Shown here: positions 38,403 through 48,150 of the stretch, in pieces
Position numbering within the stretch: position 1 is the stretch's first letter
How the letters are laid out: each line of letters begins with the position of its first letter
Source of the DNA: an uncultured Fibrobacterales bacterium
Lineage (GTDB): Bacteria > Fibrobacterota > Fibrobacteria > Fibrobacterales > CAWVXU01
Reading direction: 5' to 3'
Assembly: GCA_963934255.1 (NCBI GenBank)
Contig: CAWVXU010000006.1
Span: forward strand, 1 to 61,280
Length of the DNA stretch: 61,280 nucleotides
The notes under the pieces: generated by a model
The model's input: only the letters and a program-made list of their open reading frames with translations
Database searches by the model: none
What the model was told of the DNA's origin: nothing
Program-made: the position numbers and the translations under genes

Positions 38403-39518
38403 TTAGAACTTTACAACGAGATCAATTTGAGTCCTATTATAAAGATTTCCTTCTCCAATGTCACCTTCACCTAAAAGAGGCTGAGCGTCTTTATAGTTGA
38501 GGAAGTGTGAAACGCCAAAGAATGTATTTTCCATTAACGCTAATTTAGCACCAAGTTCATGACCTGAGCCGTTTGCGCCACCACCTGAAAAGTCAGAATC
38601 AGTCAAAGTACCGTAAACAGCATCTTTTTGAACTTCTTTATAAATGTATTTAAGAGCCATAGTCATTGGTTTTTTAGCTTTACCTAGGCTAAGTCCTAAA
38701 GCAAAACCCTTGTTTAGCTCGTCAGCTTCTGTGTTTTGAACATATTCAGCATAGGCTGTCCATGGTAGGCTCCCCTTGGCGGCGACTTCAATATATGGAT
38801 TAATTAGAGTCATACCTGTGGCTATAATTGTTTGATTTGCGGCATCGGTGATTGATGAATTGCCAAAAGAATCATCATCAAATGCTGGTGTCCCTGATAA
38901 GCCTTGGTTATAATCTTCATTATGAATCGAGATATAAGAAGCCCCAGCACCAATAGATATATCACCCATTTTATGAGTTAAATTTAACTGTGTACCTGAT
39001 TGAAGTAAGTCACTTCCTTCCACTTTGCTCTCAGACAACCAAGCTTGGTTGATACGGAGGTCCAACGCTGTCGCGTTTATTTCATAAGCGTATTGAATAG
39101 ATCCACCTTCGGGGTGATAATCTCCGTCCCAAACGAGTTCCGATTTATTAGAGACTTTGTATGGGTTCTTAGTTTTACCAGCCAAAAGAGAGAGACCATA
39201 ACCTGAATTTATTTGAATAAAGGCCAAATCAAGGTTAATCCCTTTACTTGAACCATAACCACTCATTGTTTGATTGCCTGAAATAGGGTCGTTTCCACCA
39301 GATATTAGTGCCACACCGATATCTATACTTTGATTAACTTTTTTGGTCAGAGCAACACGTGCACGAAGACGATCTCGATCTCGAGTATCTTTATCTTTCT
39401 GAATTGCTATTTCTGAGCGTAGGCGGACATCGCCTTTGATGATGAGATCATCAGCAAATACTGTACTTAGAAGTGAGAAAGCAAATGCACTAGTGATGAG
39501 TTTTTTTGAGAGCTTCAT
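38403..39518 (-). CDS. Putative porin, probably phosphate-starvation induced
   Basis: Signal peptide; GDVRLR...RLRAR, DPISGNQT, LVWDGD, DSDFSGG; ends KF; Pho context. Confidence 0.8.
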   Translation of the reverse strand: MKLSKKLITSAFAFSLLSTVFADDLIIKGDVRLRSEIAIQKDKDTRDRDRLRARVALTKKVNQSIDIGVALISGGNDPISGNQTMSGYGSSKGINLDLAFIQINSGYGLSLLAGKTKNPYKVSNKSELVWDGDYHPEGGSIQYAYEINATALDLRINQAWLSESKVEGSDLLQSGTQLNLTHKMGDISIGAGASYISIHNEDYNQGLSGTPAFDDDSFGNSSITDAANQTIIATGMTLINPYIEVAAKGSLPWTAYAEYVQNTEADELNKGFALGLSLGKAKKPMTMALKYIYKEVQKDAVYGTLTDSDFSGGGANGSGHELGAKLALMENTFFGVSHFLNYKDAQPLLGEGDIGEGNLYNRTQIDLVVKF

Positions 39519-39603
39519 TTTAATTTCCTTTAAGTTATTATTCTATTTCAATTCTATTTCAAATCAATTTCTAACTGATGTTGTAACAAATAAAGATTAG
39601 TTG

Positions 39604-39632
39604 TGTTAGGATGGTGTAAGGGTTGTGTTTGG
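39604..39632 (-). promoter_or_regulatory. Pho-box-like 11-bp repeats upstream of the porin
   Basis: TGTTAGG 39604, TGTAAGG 39615, TGTTTGG 39626. Confidence 0.65.
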
Positions 39633-39726
39633 TTTTACAAAGTTATGAGATTGAACAATATTATAGCGAAAAATTGAAATCCTGTATAGTTAATTATAAT
39701 TGTTTTGCTCTAGAGAGCGTCGACGG

Positions 39727-41502
39727 CTAAAAATTTCGTACAGATTCATGTGGCAATAAGATGTAAAAATTGGACCCAATCGCTAGTTGAGATTTGACCC
39801 CTGCCTGAGAGTCGTGTAACCGAGCGATATGCTTCACTATCGCTAAACCTAAGCCCGTGCCTCCTTCATTTCTAGATCTTGACTTGTCAACTCTAAAGAA
39901 ACGCTCAAATAGTCGGTTTTGGTGCTTAATGGCAATTCCTGGACCTTGGTCTTGGACAATGATTTTGATACCATTGTCAGACGCTTGAAGTCGGACACTA
40001 ACTCTTGTGTTTTCGGGCGAGTACTTAATTGCGTTATTAATCAGATTCACTAAAGCCTGTTCAAAAAGTCCAATATTCATATAGACTTCAACATTCTGGT
40101 GGTTATCAAAAACAAGACTGATGTTTTTAGAATGAGCGATACTTTGGCAGGTTTCATCTGCAGATTGAAATAGAGTCTGGACTTTATGCCAGTCCTTGAC
40201 AATGGCATTTGAGTCAAGCATTTGATCTAGACGCGAAAGGTACAGCAAGTCTTCAATAATAGAACTGAGTCTTTTTGCCTGTCGCTCAACAATACCTAAA
40301 AAATGCCGGGAATCTTTTGCGTCAATATCATCATCTAGGAGGGTTTCTAAAAAGCCTTGAATAGAAGTGATGGGTGTTCGTAATTCGTGGGAGACATTGG
40401 CAACAAAGTCTCGGCGCATTTGTTCAAATTGGCGCAGTTGAGTTACATCATGTAAAACAATCAAAGTACCAATTGCTTTACCCTGTAAATCTTTTAGTTC
40501 ACTTCCATGAAATTCAATAATTCGATACTCATCTTCCTGTCCTAATTGGAAATCTTCAACAAGGGGTTCAGGGAATTGACGTGTGCGATTGACTAAAGAT
40601 TGAAGAGTGTTTGATATCACTACATCAAAGAATGAGTGATTAATAAGAGGTTTTGATTTGAATTGCAAAATATCTTGGGCGGATTGATTTGCTGAAAGTA
40701 ATTTTGAATCAGTATCTAGTGCGATAACCCCTTCTGTCATCGAGGCCAGAACCGCTTCACTTTCTTGTTTTTGAAGAGTGATACTATGGATTTGTAAGTC
40801 AATTTCACGAGCCATTTTACTCATGGAGTCTGATAACGATTCAAATTCATCCCAATATTGTTCTTGTCTAAATCCTTTGAGTTCTCTTTTGGCATAACGC
40901 TTAGCATCTTTGGTTAGTTTATATATGGGACTAGTGATTTTGCGACTCACAAAGTAAGCCAAGATTAAGCTTATGAAAAATGAAATTATTGTACTAAAGA
41001 ATATTCTTTCAAAATAGGACATACTAGATTGATGAATTAGTTTTTGAGCTAAGCCAGTGCGTACGAGAAACAATTTATTCGGATTGTAAAATGCAACAAA
41101 GGTCATGGATTGACTTGACTGAGAAAGTTTTCTGACTGAAGTCCCTAGTCCCGTTTCCATAGCAAGCTCTACTTCTGGGAATTTAAGATCAAGCTTTGAT
41201 TGTAAAAAGTCTATTTGAGAGTCTGCAATTAATTGACCCTTCGGAGTAAAGATTGAAAACCTCACCGAAGAAAATTGACTAGCTTCTTCACAAAGCCTTT
41301 GCAAAGTAGTAGGGTCTGTAACATTCTCAATCACTTGAGAGAATAATTTAACTTGAGTTTTAAGATTTTCCTCAGTTTGGTTTTGATTAAATTCACTAAT
41401 AGTCGAGTATGAATTCCAACCAATAATCAAAATATTCCACAGTGTAATGAATAAGAACGCCGGGAATAAAAAGCTAAATAATTTTGGTTTGCCTTTAATC
41501 AA
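39727..41502 (-). CDS. phoR: Phosphate sensor histidine kinase
   Basis: FVANVSHELRTP, NAIKY, GTGLGLAIVKH; two TM segments, HAMP and PAS-like regions; Pho context. Confidence 0.9.
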   Translation of the reverse strand: MIKGKPKLFSFLFPAFLFITLWNILIIGWNSYSTISEFNQNQTEENLKTQVKLFSQVIENVTDPTTLQRLCEEASQFSSVRFSIFTPKGQLIADSQIDFLQSKLDLKFPEVELAMETGLGTSVRKLSQSSQSMTFVAFYNPNKLFLVRTGLAQKLIHQSSMSYFERIFFSTIISFFISLILAYFVSRKITSPIYKLTKDAKRYAKRELKGFRQEQYWDEFESLSDSMSKMAREIDLQIHSITLQKQESEAVLASMTEGVIALDTDSKLLSANQSAQDILQFKSKPLINHSFFDVVISNTLQSLVNRTRQFPEPLVEDFQLGQEDEYRIIEFHGSELKDLQGKAIGTLIVLHDVTQLRQFEQMRRDFVANVSHELRTPITSIQGFLETLLDDDIDAKDSRHFLGIVERQAKRLSSIIEDLLYLSRLDQMLDSNAIVKDWHKVQTLFQSADETCQSIAHSKNISLVFDNHQNVEVYMNIGLFEQALVNLINNAIKYSPENTRVSVRLQASDNGIKIIVQDQGPGIAIKHQNRLFERFFRVDKSRSRNEGGTGLGLAIVKHIARLHDSQAGVKSQLAIGSNFYILLPHESVRNF

Positions 41503-41510
41503 ACGAGAAC

Positions 41511-42242
41511 CTAAGAATCCATCAATCGATAACCAATTCCACGAATTGTTTCAATACATGCTCCTACTTCACCTAGCTTTTTACGAAGTCCAACGATCAT
41601 GACATCAATCGCGCGTTCAGATACAACATAGCCTTCTCCATGGACCTTTTCCATGATTTGATTTCTTGTAAAAACACGCCCCTGGCTTTGAAGAAAGACC
41701 GACAAAGCTTTGAATTCAGAGCTAGTTAATTGAATAGCTAATTCCGCAACTTTAACTTCATGACGAGCTATGTCCATCCTGATTCCATTAGATTCAAAAA
41801 CATCTTTATCTAAATCTTGATTTGATGGAGATGTTTGAGTGGAATCGAATGAGCCTTCACTATTGGAGGGCAATGTGCGGAAAATTTTTGCGATACGAGC
41901 AAATAAAACTTTGACTGAGAAGGGTTTGGTCATGTAATCGTCAGCGCCCATTTCAAGACCTTTGACGATATCTCCTTCTTCTCCTCTAGCAGTCAACATA
42001 ATCACAGGGATCGCTTCAGAACCGAGCTCAGTTTTTATTCTCTGACAAACTTCAAGACCATCAATACCCGGCAGCATCAAGTCTAATAAGACCAGGTCAG
42101 GCTTGATATCTTTGATTTTATTCCAACCAGATTCACCACTTGCGGCACCATAGAACTCATAGCCATGTTTTTCGATATTATACCGAAGTAGCTCCCGGAT
42201 ATCATCTTCATCTTCAATTGCAAGGATTTTTTTTTTATTCAT
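41511..42242 (-). CDS. phoB: OmpR/PhoB-family response regulator
   Basis: Receiver LLDLMLP and KPF; winged helix IETIRGIGY; adjacent to phoR and pst genes. Confidence 0.88.
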   Translation of the reverse strand: MNKKKILAIEDEDDIRELLRYNIEKHGYEFYGAASGESGWNKIKDIKPDLVLLDLMLPGIDGLEVCQRIKTELGSEAIPVIMLTARGEEGDIVKGLEMGADDYMTKPFSVKVLFARIAKIFRTLPSNSEGSFDSTQTSPSNQDLDKDVFESNGIRMDIARHEVKVAELAIQLTSSEFKALSVFLQSQGRVFTRNQIMEKVHGEGYVVSERAIDVMIVGLRKKLGEVGACIETIRGIGYRLMDS

Positions 42243-42333
42243 AGTTTAAACTTATGAAATTCGTGTTAGAGTGAGGTTAGGAAATTTAAAGAATCGTGTT
42301 AAAATTGGTGAGTTATCTGAGAATTCCAAGAAC

Positions 42334-43662
42334 TTAATTTTGTCCCTTTTTAGACTTGAGAGATTCCCACCAGTCAATTCTTTTTTGAATGTCTTTTTCG
42401 AAACCAAATTCACCAGGCTGGTAAATAATAGCGCTCTGCAGATCTTTAGGCAAATGGTCTTGGCCTGAGTATGAATGAACTTGGTCGTGGTCATATTGAT
42501 AACCCTGTCCATAACCTAAGTTTTTTGTTGTTTTATTTACTGAATTCCTAAAAGCTTTAGGGACAGGTAGTTGTCCATATTTTTTAACTAAATCTTCAGC
42601 TGCAAAATAAGCTAGCTCCACTTTATTTGACTTGGGTGCGGTGGCAAGGTAGATACAGAGCTGGTCTAAGGCTAAAATACCCTCTGGAAAGCCTAAAAAA
42701 TCAAAGGCTTCACGAGCAGCGGTTGCTTGAACAATGGCTTGAGGGTCAGCTAACCCAATATCTTCGCTGGCAATTCTCATTAAACGCCTGAGTATATATC
42801 GAGGTTCCTCACCAGAGGCTAGCATCCTGTGCATCCAATAAAGTGCTGCTTGAACATCAGACCCACGAATTGATTTTTGAAAAACAGAGATGAGATTGTA
42901 GTGTTCTTCACCACCTTTGTCATATCTCAGAGGTTTTTGGTTAGAAAGAGATTCCAAAACATCAGAGCTAAGGTGTGCACCTTTGGCTAAAGATCCAGCC
43001 AACCACTCTACTTGGTTGAGTAGGTATCTAGCGTCACCTTGAGATAAGTGTGCGATACTTTTATATACGGCTTCGTCCACCTGAAGGTCATTTCGGTGGA
43101 GCCCTTGGGTACCATGAAGAGCCTTTTTGGCGAGTTCGATGAGCTCTTCTTCAGATAAGGGATGCAACAATAAGAGTTGGCACCTAGAGAGAAGAGCATT
43201 ATTTACTTCAAATGAGGGATTTTCAGTCGTAGCGCCGATGAGGGTGATAATCCCTTCTTCTACTGCTTGAAGTAAAGCATCTTGCTGCGCTTTATTGAAA
43301 CGATGGATTTCATCAATAAATAAAAGGGTGTTTTCACCATCAAGGTTTCTCTGCACAAGGGCTGATTCAATGACCGCTTTAACATCTTTGATGCCGGCGC
43401 TCACTGCTGAAAGGGCTACATAGCGTTTCTTGACTTGTGATTCAATGATTTTGGCGATGGTTGTTTTACCGCAGCCAGGCGGTCCCCAGAGAATAATAGA
43501 GGGGCATTGACCTTGAGACAACAAAAGGCGAAGACTTGCGCCCTCGCCAATAAGTTGTTTTTGGCCGAGTACTTCATCTAAAGTAGTCGGGCGCATTTTC
43601 TCTGCTAAGGGGATTTCTGGAGGCCTTTGCCCCGAAAATGATTGAGAGTTTGCTTGAGCCAT
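42334..43662 (-). CDS. rarA: Replication-associated recombination AAA+ ATPase
   Basis: PLAEKMRP, GPPGCGKTT, DEIHRFNKAQQD, KSIRGSD, SEDIGLAD. Confidence 0.96.
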   Translation of the reverse strand: MAQANSQSFSGQRPPEIPLAEKMRPTTLDEVLGQKQLIGEGASLRLLLSQGQCPSIILWGPPGCGKTTIAKIIESQVKKRYVALSAVSAGIKDVKAVIESALVQRNLDGENTLLFIDEIHRFNKAQQDALLQAVEEGIITLIGATTENPSFEVNNALLSRCQLLLLHPLSEEELIELAKKALHGTQGLHRNDLQVDEAVYKSIAHLSQGDARYLLNQVEWLAGSLAKGAHLSSDVLESLSNQKPLRYDKGGEEHYNLISVFQKSIRGSDVQAALYWMHRMLASGEEPRYILRRLMRIASEDIGLADPQAIVQATAAREAFDFLGFPEGILALDQLCIYLATAPKSNKVELAYFAAEDLVKKYGQLPVPKAFRNSVNKTTKNLGYGQGYQYDHDQVHSYSGQDHLPKDLQSAIIYQPGEFGFEKDIQKRIDWWESLKSKKGQN

Positions 43663-43706
43663 GGGGGTGATTCGTTTATAAGAAAAGTTTATTTTAGCCT
43701 AAGAGA

Positions 43707-44846
43707 CTAGAATGAAACTTCGCCATAAACCTCTGTGTAGAAAAAATCTTTCGCTGCTGGAACATTTTTAAGTCCAACTTGTGCTCCAAACTCAATGCCG
43801 CTTGAAGGATAAGCATATCCAGCGATGCCATATTCCCAAAAATGGTCATCACTTATGTAACGAGATACATCATGGTGAGAGACAGGGAAGCCGATTGCCC
43901 ATTTGTCAGAGACTGGAATAAAGGGTTCCATGTACCAAAACTCTTGCACCGGCATATCCGTTTGAAGCTCAATATCGTCTAATCCGCCTTCAACATGCCC
44001 GGTAGCTGGACTTGAATAATAATAACCAAGACCTAAGCCAAAGCCTTGGTATTGGAAATTAGGCTCAAGTAGGATATTCCATGTTTCACCCTGAGTGAGG
44101 TGCGGCATCCAAGCGATAGTATTGTGAATTGAATAATCTAATTCACCCAGATGACTAGAAAAATCATTATCTAGAGCGAGGTGCCATTTGCGTCCATCTC
44201 CATCATTTAGGCGCCAATCAATTATCGGTTGAACATTTAATTTCATATCACGTGAATCAATAAGGGTAGCATCGTAACTTAAGAAGAAACTGAGGGCGTC
44301 GTTTGTTTGACCATTAAAGCCAATATATCCAACAAAATCTGCAGCTTTTAAGCCAAAACCATGCACACTTCGTTCTTTAAATATTGAAGAGTAAGAAGTT
44401 TGATATTGATAAGGGCGATAAGTAGATATACTACCTGCGTCATATTGAAAACGACCCATCATAAAGGTAGCGTTTTCAATGAATTGCCAATTAATATGAG
44501 CATTTGCAAGTGCAATTTGATTTTGCGTAGGTTCAGCAATGTTTTCTACAGGTCGAGCACCACGCGGGTAGGAAGATCTTTTGGCGGGATCAATAGAATC
44601 ACCTGCAATGCGCGAAACTGCATCAAGGCCCACTGTAAAACTAACACCTTCATTGTAAATAAAGTCTGATTCAATATGGATGTCATGTTGAGTGTTATAC
44701 ACTCTATTATCATCGCTGGCATCGTTGGAGAAATCGCCATAGAAATTAACAAGGGCGTCAACGTGAGTATCGACTTCAACTGAGTGTGCGCTCACAGTCA
44801 GAGCTGCAACGAGTGCAAGTTTCTTTAGAGAATGATTGAATAACAT
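43707..44846 (-). CDS. Putative outer-membrane beta-barrel/porin
   Basis: Signal peptide; alternating aromatic strands; C-terminal Phe. Confidence 0.65.
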   Translation of the reverse strand: MLFNHSLKKLALVAALTVSAHSVEVDTHVDALVNFYGDFSNDASDDNRVYNTQHDIHIESDFIYNEGVSFTVGLDAVSRIAGDSIDPAKRSSYPRGARPVENIAEPTQNQIALANAHINWQFIENATFMMGRFQYDAGSISTYRPYQYQTSYSSIFKERSVHGFGLKAADFVGYIGFNGQTNDALSFFLSYDATLIDSRDMKLNVQPIIDWRLNDGDGRKWHLALDNDFSSHLGELDYSIHNTIAWMPHLTQGETWNILLEPNFQYQGFGLGLGYYYSSPATGHVEGGLDDIELQTDMPVQEFWYMEPFIPVSDKWAIGFPVSHHDVSRYISDDHFWEYGIAGYAYPSSGIEFGAQVGLKNVPAAKDFFYTEVYGEVSF

Positions 44847-44958
44847 AGAGATTCCATAGGTTTTATAAATTTAATTTGGTTATAAACCACCAAAGTTGGC
44901 TATAAAATAGCAAACCCGTGTGAATTTGGTATTTTTAAGGAAACTGAAAGGCGAAAAG

Positions 44959-45585
44959 ATGAGTAAAATAGTATGGATAACCTTGATGATGGGTGTAGTG
45001 AGTCTTTTTGCCAACCCAAGCTCAGAAGAAATACTTGGTCAAGCGCTTAAGCGTTATGAATCAAATAGGGCTTTTGAAATGAAATTTCAGGTATTAAGCC
45101 TAAATGAAATGACCGGTGATAAAAGTCAAAATTCTGGATTTCTGAAAACAGGTAATGCAGGCGAATTCCTTCTTCGAACTCCACAAGTTGAATTTTATTC
45201 TGATAATAAGACCTTTTGGGATTATCGCCCCATTTCAAAGCAAGTGGTGGTTAAAAATTTTGCTGATGTTCAAATGAAAATGGGGCCATCTCAAGTTCTA
45301 TTAAAATATCTAGGGTGCCAAGCAAGGTCGATGATGTTAGAAAAAGTGGGAAAAAAATCTGTTTGGAAAATGGATTTAATCCCAAATAAAGGCTTACAAC
45401 AATATTCTGAGCTAAGAGTCTGGCTTGATCCTCAAACATTTGAGCCAATCCAAATGGAAACTTTGGATTATTCTGAGAATTTAACACAATATAAGATTGA
45501 AAGTTTTAAAATTCTTAGAACCTCAGTACCCACAGATTTTATTTTCCCAAGTCCTCAAGGAGTAGAAATCATTGACATGCGTTAA
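44959..45585 (+). CDS. lolA: LolA-family lipoprotein carrier
   Basis: SDNKTFWDYRP...QVVV and FIFPSPQGVEIID motifs; start at MSKIVW. Confidence 0.8.
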   Translation: MSKIVWITLMMGVVSLFANPSSEEILGQALKRYESNRAFEMKFQVLSLNEMTGDKSQNSGFLKTGNAGEFLLRTPQVEFYSDNKTFWDYRPISKQVVVKNFADVQMKMGPSQVLLKYLGCQARSMMLEKVGKKSVWKMDLIPNKGLQQYSELRVWLDPQTFEPIQMETLDYSENLTQYKIESFKILRTSVPTDFIFPSPQGVEIIDMR

Positions 45586-47140
45586 ATTGAAAAACTTGAA
45601 GTTCGGCGTGAGCTTCTTCGCGGTGCTTATTATGACTATGGTGAGCGGTCTATCTGCGCAGCAGATGATGCACTCAAATCAGGTCGATGCTGTTTTCAGT
45701 GTTGATGACAGCTTTTGGTTGATTCATAATGAGCCCAAAGGTACAGGCGTGAGTCGGCTTCTTTTTAAAGAAAACGGAACATTCTCAACGCATCAAACAA
45801 TATTTTACGAAGGAATGAACTTGATGCCGAAATCTTGGCCTCGAGTTGAGACCAGCGTTAGCTTAAGGCTGGGTGTTTTAGAATTAAAAAACGAATTTGT
45901 TATTCCTAAAAAAAACAGTTTGGGGGAATGGAATGGATTTTACTTATTTGAGAAAGGCAAAAGTCTTAAAAATTCACTGAAAGATTCGGTGACATTAAGT
46001 ACTTCAATTGGCGTATTCAATAGCCCATTCCAATATAATATTGAGTCTGATACCGTTTGGTTTTATGTTGGAGTCAGTGGAAAATTTGGCATTCTACTTG
46101 ATGAGGGTGATTGGAAAAAGTCATCGGGTGACCTTGAACACTTAGTATATAGAGAGTGGGACGCCAGCGAAGGAGACTTTAACCCTTTATTGGATGCCGT
46201 CTGTAATAATTCAAGTGAATGCCGGATGAATGATGATTTTAAGTTATGGAGTGAGAGCGGAGAATATCTTGCGAGCTCCGAAGGGGTTTGGAAAAAACAA
46301 GGTTCAGGCTATGTTCAGAAGTTAGATCCTGAAATTGAATTTTACACTCTATTTAATGGAAGCCAATACCTTGAAGCAGCTGACTCTGAAACAGATAAAT
46401 CAAGTATACAGTATAAAGTACCTAATAGTAATCGCTGGATAGATGTCATATCAAGTTATTGGGATTCTGAGAACCCATGGCAAAAAGCGGTTGAAAAAAC
46501 AATATCTTCTTTTGCAATGTGGGATGAAACTTTATGGGTCGCAGGCATGAGTCTTGATGGTCAATCCAAGGGCTTATTAAAAATAGAATCCGGTGAATTA
46601 ATGATTCCTGTTGATGAGAAGGCATTTCAAGTCAAGGATCTTTTTTACTATATCGATCAAGGCTTGGTCCCTGATACTCGTGAAATATCAGGTGTGGCAA
46701 TATTGGAGAAATCAAACACCAAAATTCTACTTGCAAGCACTCTTGGATTTGGAGTCGCGTACACAGTTGATAATGGAGAAAATTGGAAGGCTTTATTAAA
46801 TCGGACAGAGGTTGCAGGTGGGTTAAAAGAAGTCAGAATTATCCCCTCTATAATGACTCAAAAGGATGAGAAAATTCAAATCGCTTATAAACTAACACGT
46901 GATTCTAAAATTCATATTGAAGTTTATAATTACAACATGGAAAAAGTACGCGATATCCAAAAAAATGCTTGGCGTCTCAAAGACCCTATTCGTTCGAATG
47001 ACCCAAGACTTGATGTTTGGGATGGTAAAGACAATGATGGAAAAGCTGCTAGTCCCGGTCCCTATTATATACTTGTCAAGGATAATAGAGATCATAAGGT
47101 CTGGTCTAAGTGTTTAAAATTATCAGGACCGGTACAATGA
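45572..47140 (+). CDS. Exported protein with C-terminal FlgD-Ig-like domain
   Basis: I.Y.L...I.VYN...WDGKDNDGK..SPGPYYI; BNR-like YTVDNGENW. Confidence 0.7.
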   Translation: MTCVKLKNLKFGVSFFAVLIMTMVSGLSAQQMMHSNQVDAVFSVDDSFWLIHNEPKGTGVSRLLFKENGTFSTHQTIFYEGMNLMPKSWPRVETSVSLRLGVLELKNEFVIPKKNSLGEWNGFYLFEKGKSLKNSLKDSVTLSTSIGVFNSPFQYNIESDTVWFYVGVSGKFGILLDEGDWKKSSGDLEHLVYREWDASEGDFNPLLDAVCNNSSECRMNDDFKLWSESGEYLASSEGVWKKQGSGYVQKLDPEIEFYTLFNGSQYLEAADSETDKSSIQYKVPNSNRWIDVISSYWDSENPWQKAVEKTISSFAMWDETLWVAGMSLDGQSKGLLKIESGELMIPVDEKAFQVKDLFYYIDQGLVPDTREISGVAILEKSNTKILLASTLGFGVAYTVDNGENWKALLNRTEVAGGLKEVRIIPSIMTQKDEKIQIAYKLTRDSKIHIEVYNYNMEKVRDIQKNAWRLKDPIRSNDPRLDVWDGKDNDGKAASPGPYYILVKDNRDHKVWSKCLKLSGPVQ

Positions 47141-48150
47141 GTCTATTTAAAATTCAAAACGTAGTTATCCTAATAATACTCGGCTTAGTTTGTTCTCTTA
47201 ACGCAGATAAATTAGGTGCAAGGTTGGGGTGGGTGGAGCGTGCTGGAGCAGGTTCTATACAGCAAAACATGGGCGGTACAGGTCTTTCTAACTCAAAAGC
47301 CCAACTTCCTGCTTTTATTAATCCCGCAATTGTAGGAGTTCAAAGAAAAACTCAAGTGAGTGTCGGAGGAGAAACTCGTTCCTTAGATCGTCGTGGTGGT
47401 CATCTTGGGTTTAATTCTACATATGAAAATCATTTGGCATTTGGCTATGCAGTCCTCTATCGCGGGGATGCAGGTATTGAGCTTATTGATGAGAATGATC
47501 AAAACATAGGTGTTGCTAGTCCTGGTTTTTTAAGGCATAGTGTGGCGCTTTCGGCTAGACGCAGCCAAGTTGAGTCATTCGGTGTTTCTTTGGATTGGAG
47601 TTCATTTCACCCGGATGTTGAAGGTTTTCAATCCTATAGTTCTCCGATTAGTTTTACCGTTGGGTATTATCGTAGCTTTGATAATATCCGAGTTGGAACC
47701 GTGCTTCGAAATTTAGGGTTTAATGGGAATCTGAGCGCAGAAGAAATAGCCAGCTTCGAAAATGGTGGTGGTGCTGTGGACACCAAAGAAGATTATTACC
47801 CTAAAGCCCTAGAATTGGAAATATCACATGATTTTGGTGCAGGGACTTATTATGTGAAGAACTCAAGTTATCTTCTACAGAATGGTTTATGGGGTTGGGA
47901 TACAAGTGTCTGGGAGAATCGCTTAGGCTTAGGGTTAGAACTCCCTTTTTGGGCAGATTATGCGATTCAAATGGGATATAAGGGTAAATATTTTTCCACT
48001 GAGGGCGGTGTGCCTGGTAATTTAAGTTTAGGGCTTTCGTGGAGAATGTTGATCGCCGAAGAGGATTGGGTTGAGTGGACGATGGGAGCAATAGCCGAGA
48101 GAAAGTATCAGTATACCCCAATTCATCTCAGCATGAGGATGTTTTTCTAA
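47137..48150 (+). CDS. PorV/FadL-like outer-membrane barrel
   Basis: MGGTG...FINPA plug motif; ends FF; ATGA overlap with the previous gene. Confidence 0.65.
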   Translation: MSLFKIQNVVILIILGLVCSLNADKLGARLGWVERAGAGSIQQNMGGTGLSNSKAQLPAFINPAIVGVQRKTQVSVGGETRSLDRRGGHLGFNSTYENHLAFGYAVLYRGDAGIELIDENDQNIGVASPGFLRHSVALSARRSQVESFGVSLDWSSFHPDVEGFQSYSSPISFTVGYYRSFDNIRVGTVLRNLGFNGNLSAEEIASFENGGGAVDTKEDYYPKALELEISHDFGAGTYYVKNSSYLLQNGLWGWDTSVWENRLGLGLELPFWADYAIQMGYKGKYFSTEGGVPGNLSLGLSWRMLIAEEDWVEWTMGAIAERKYQYTPIHLSMRMFF

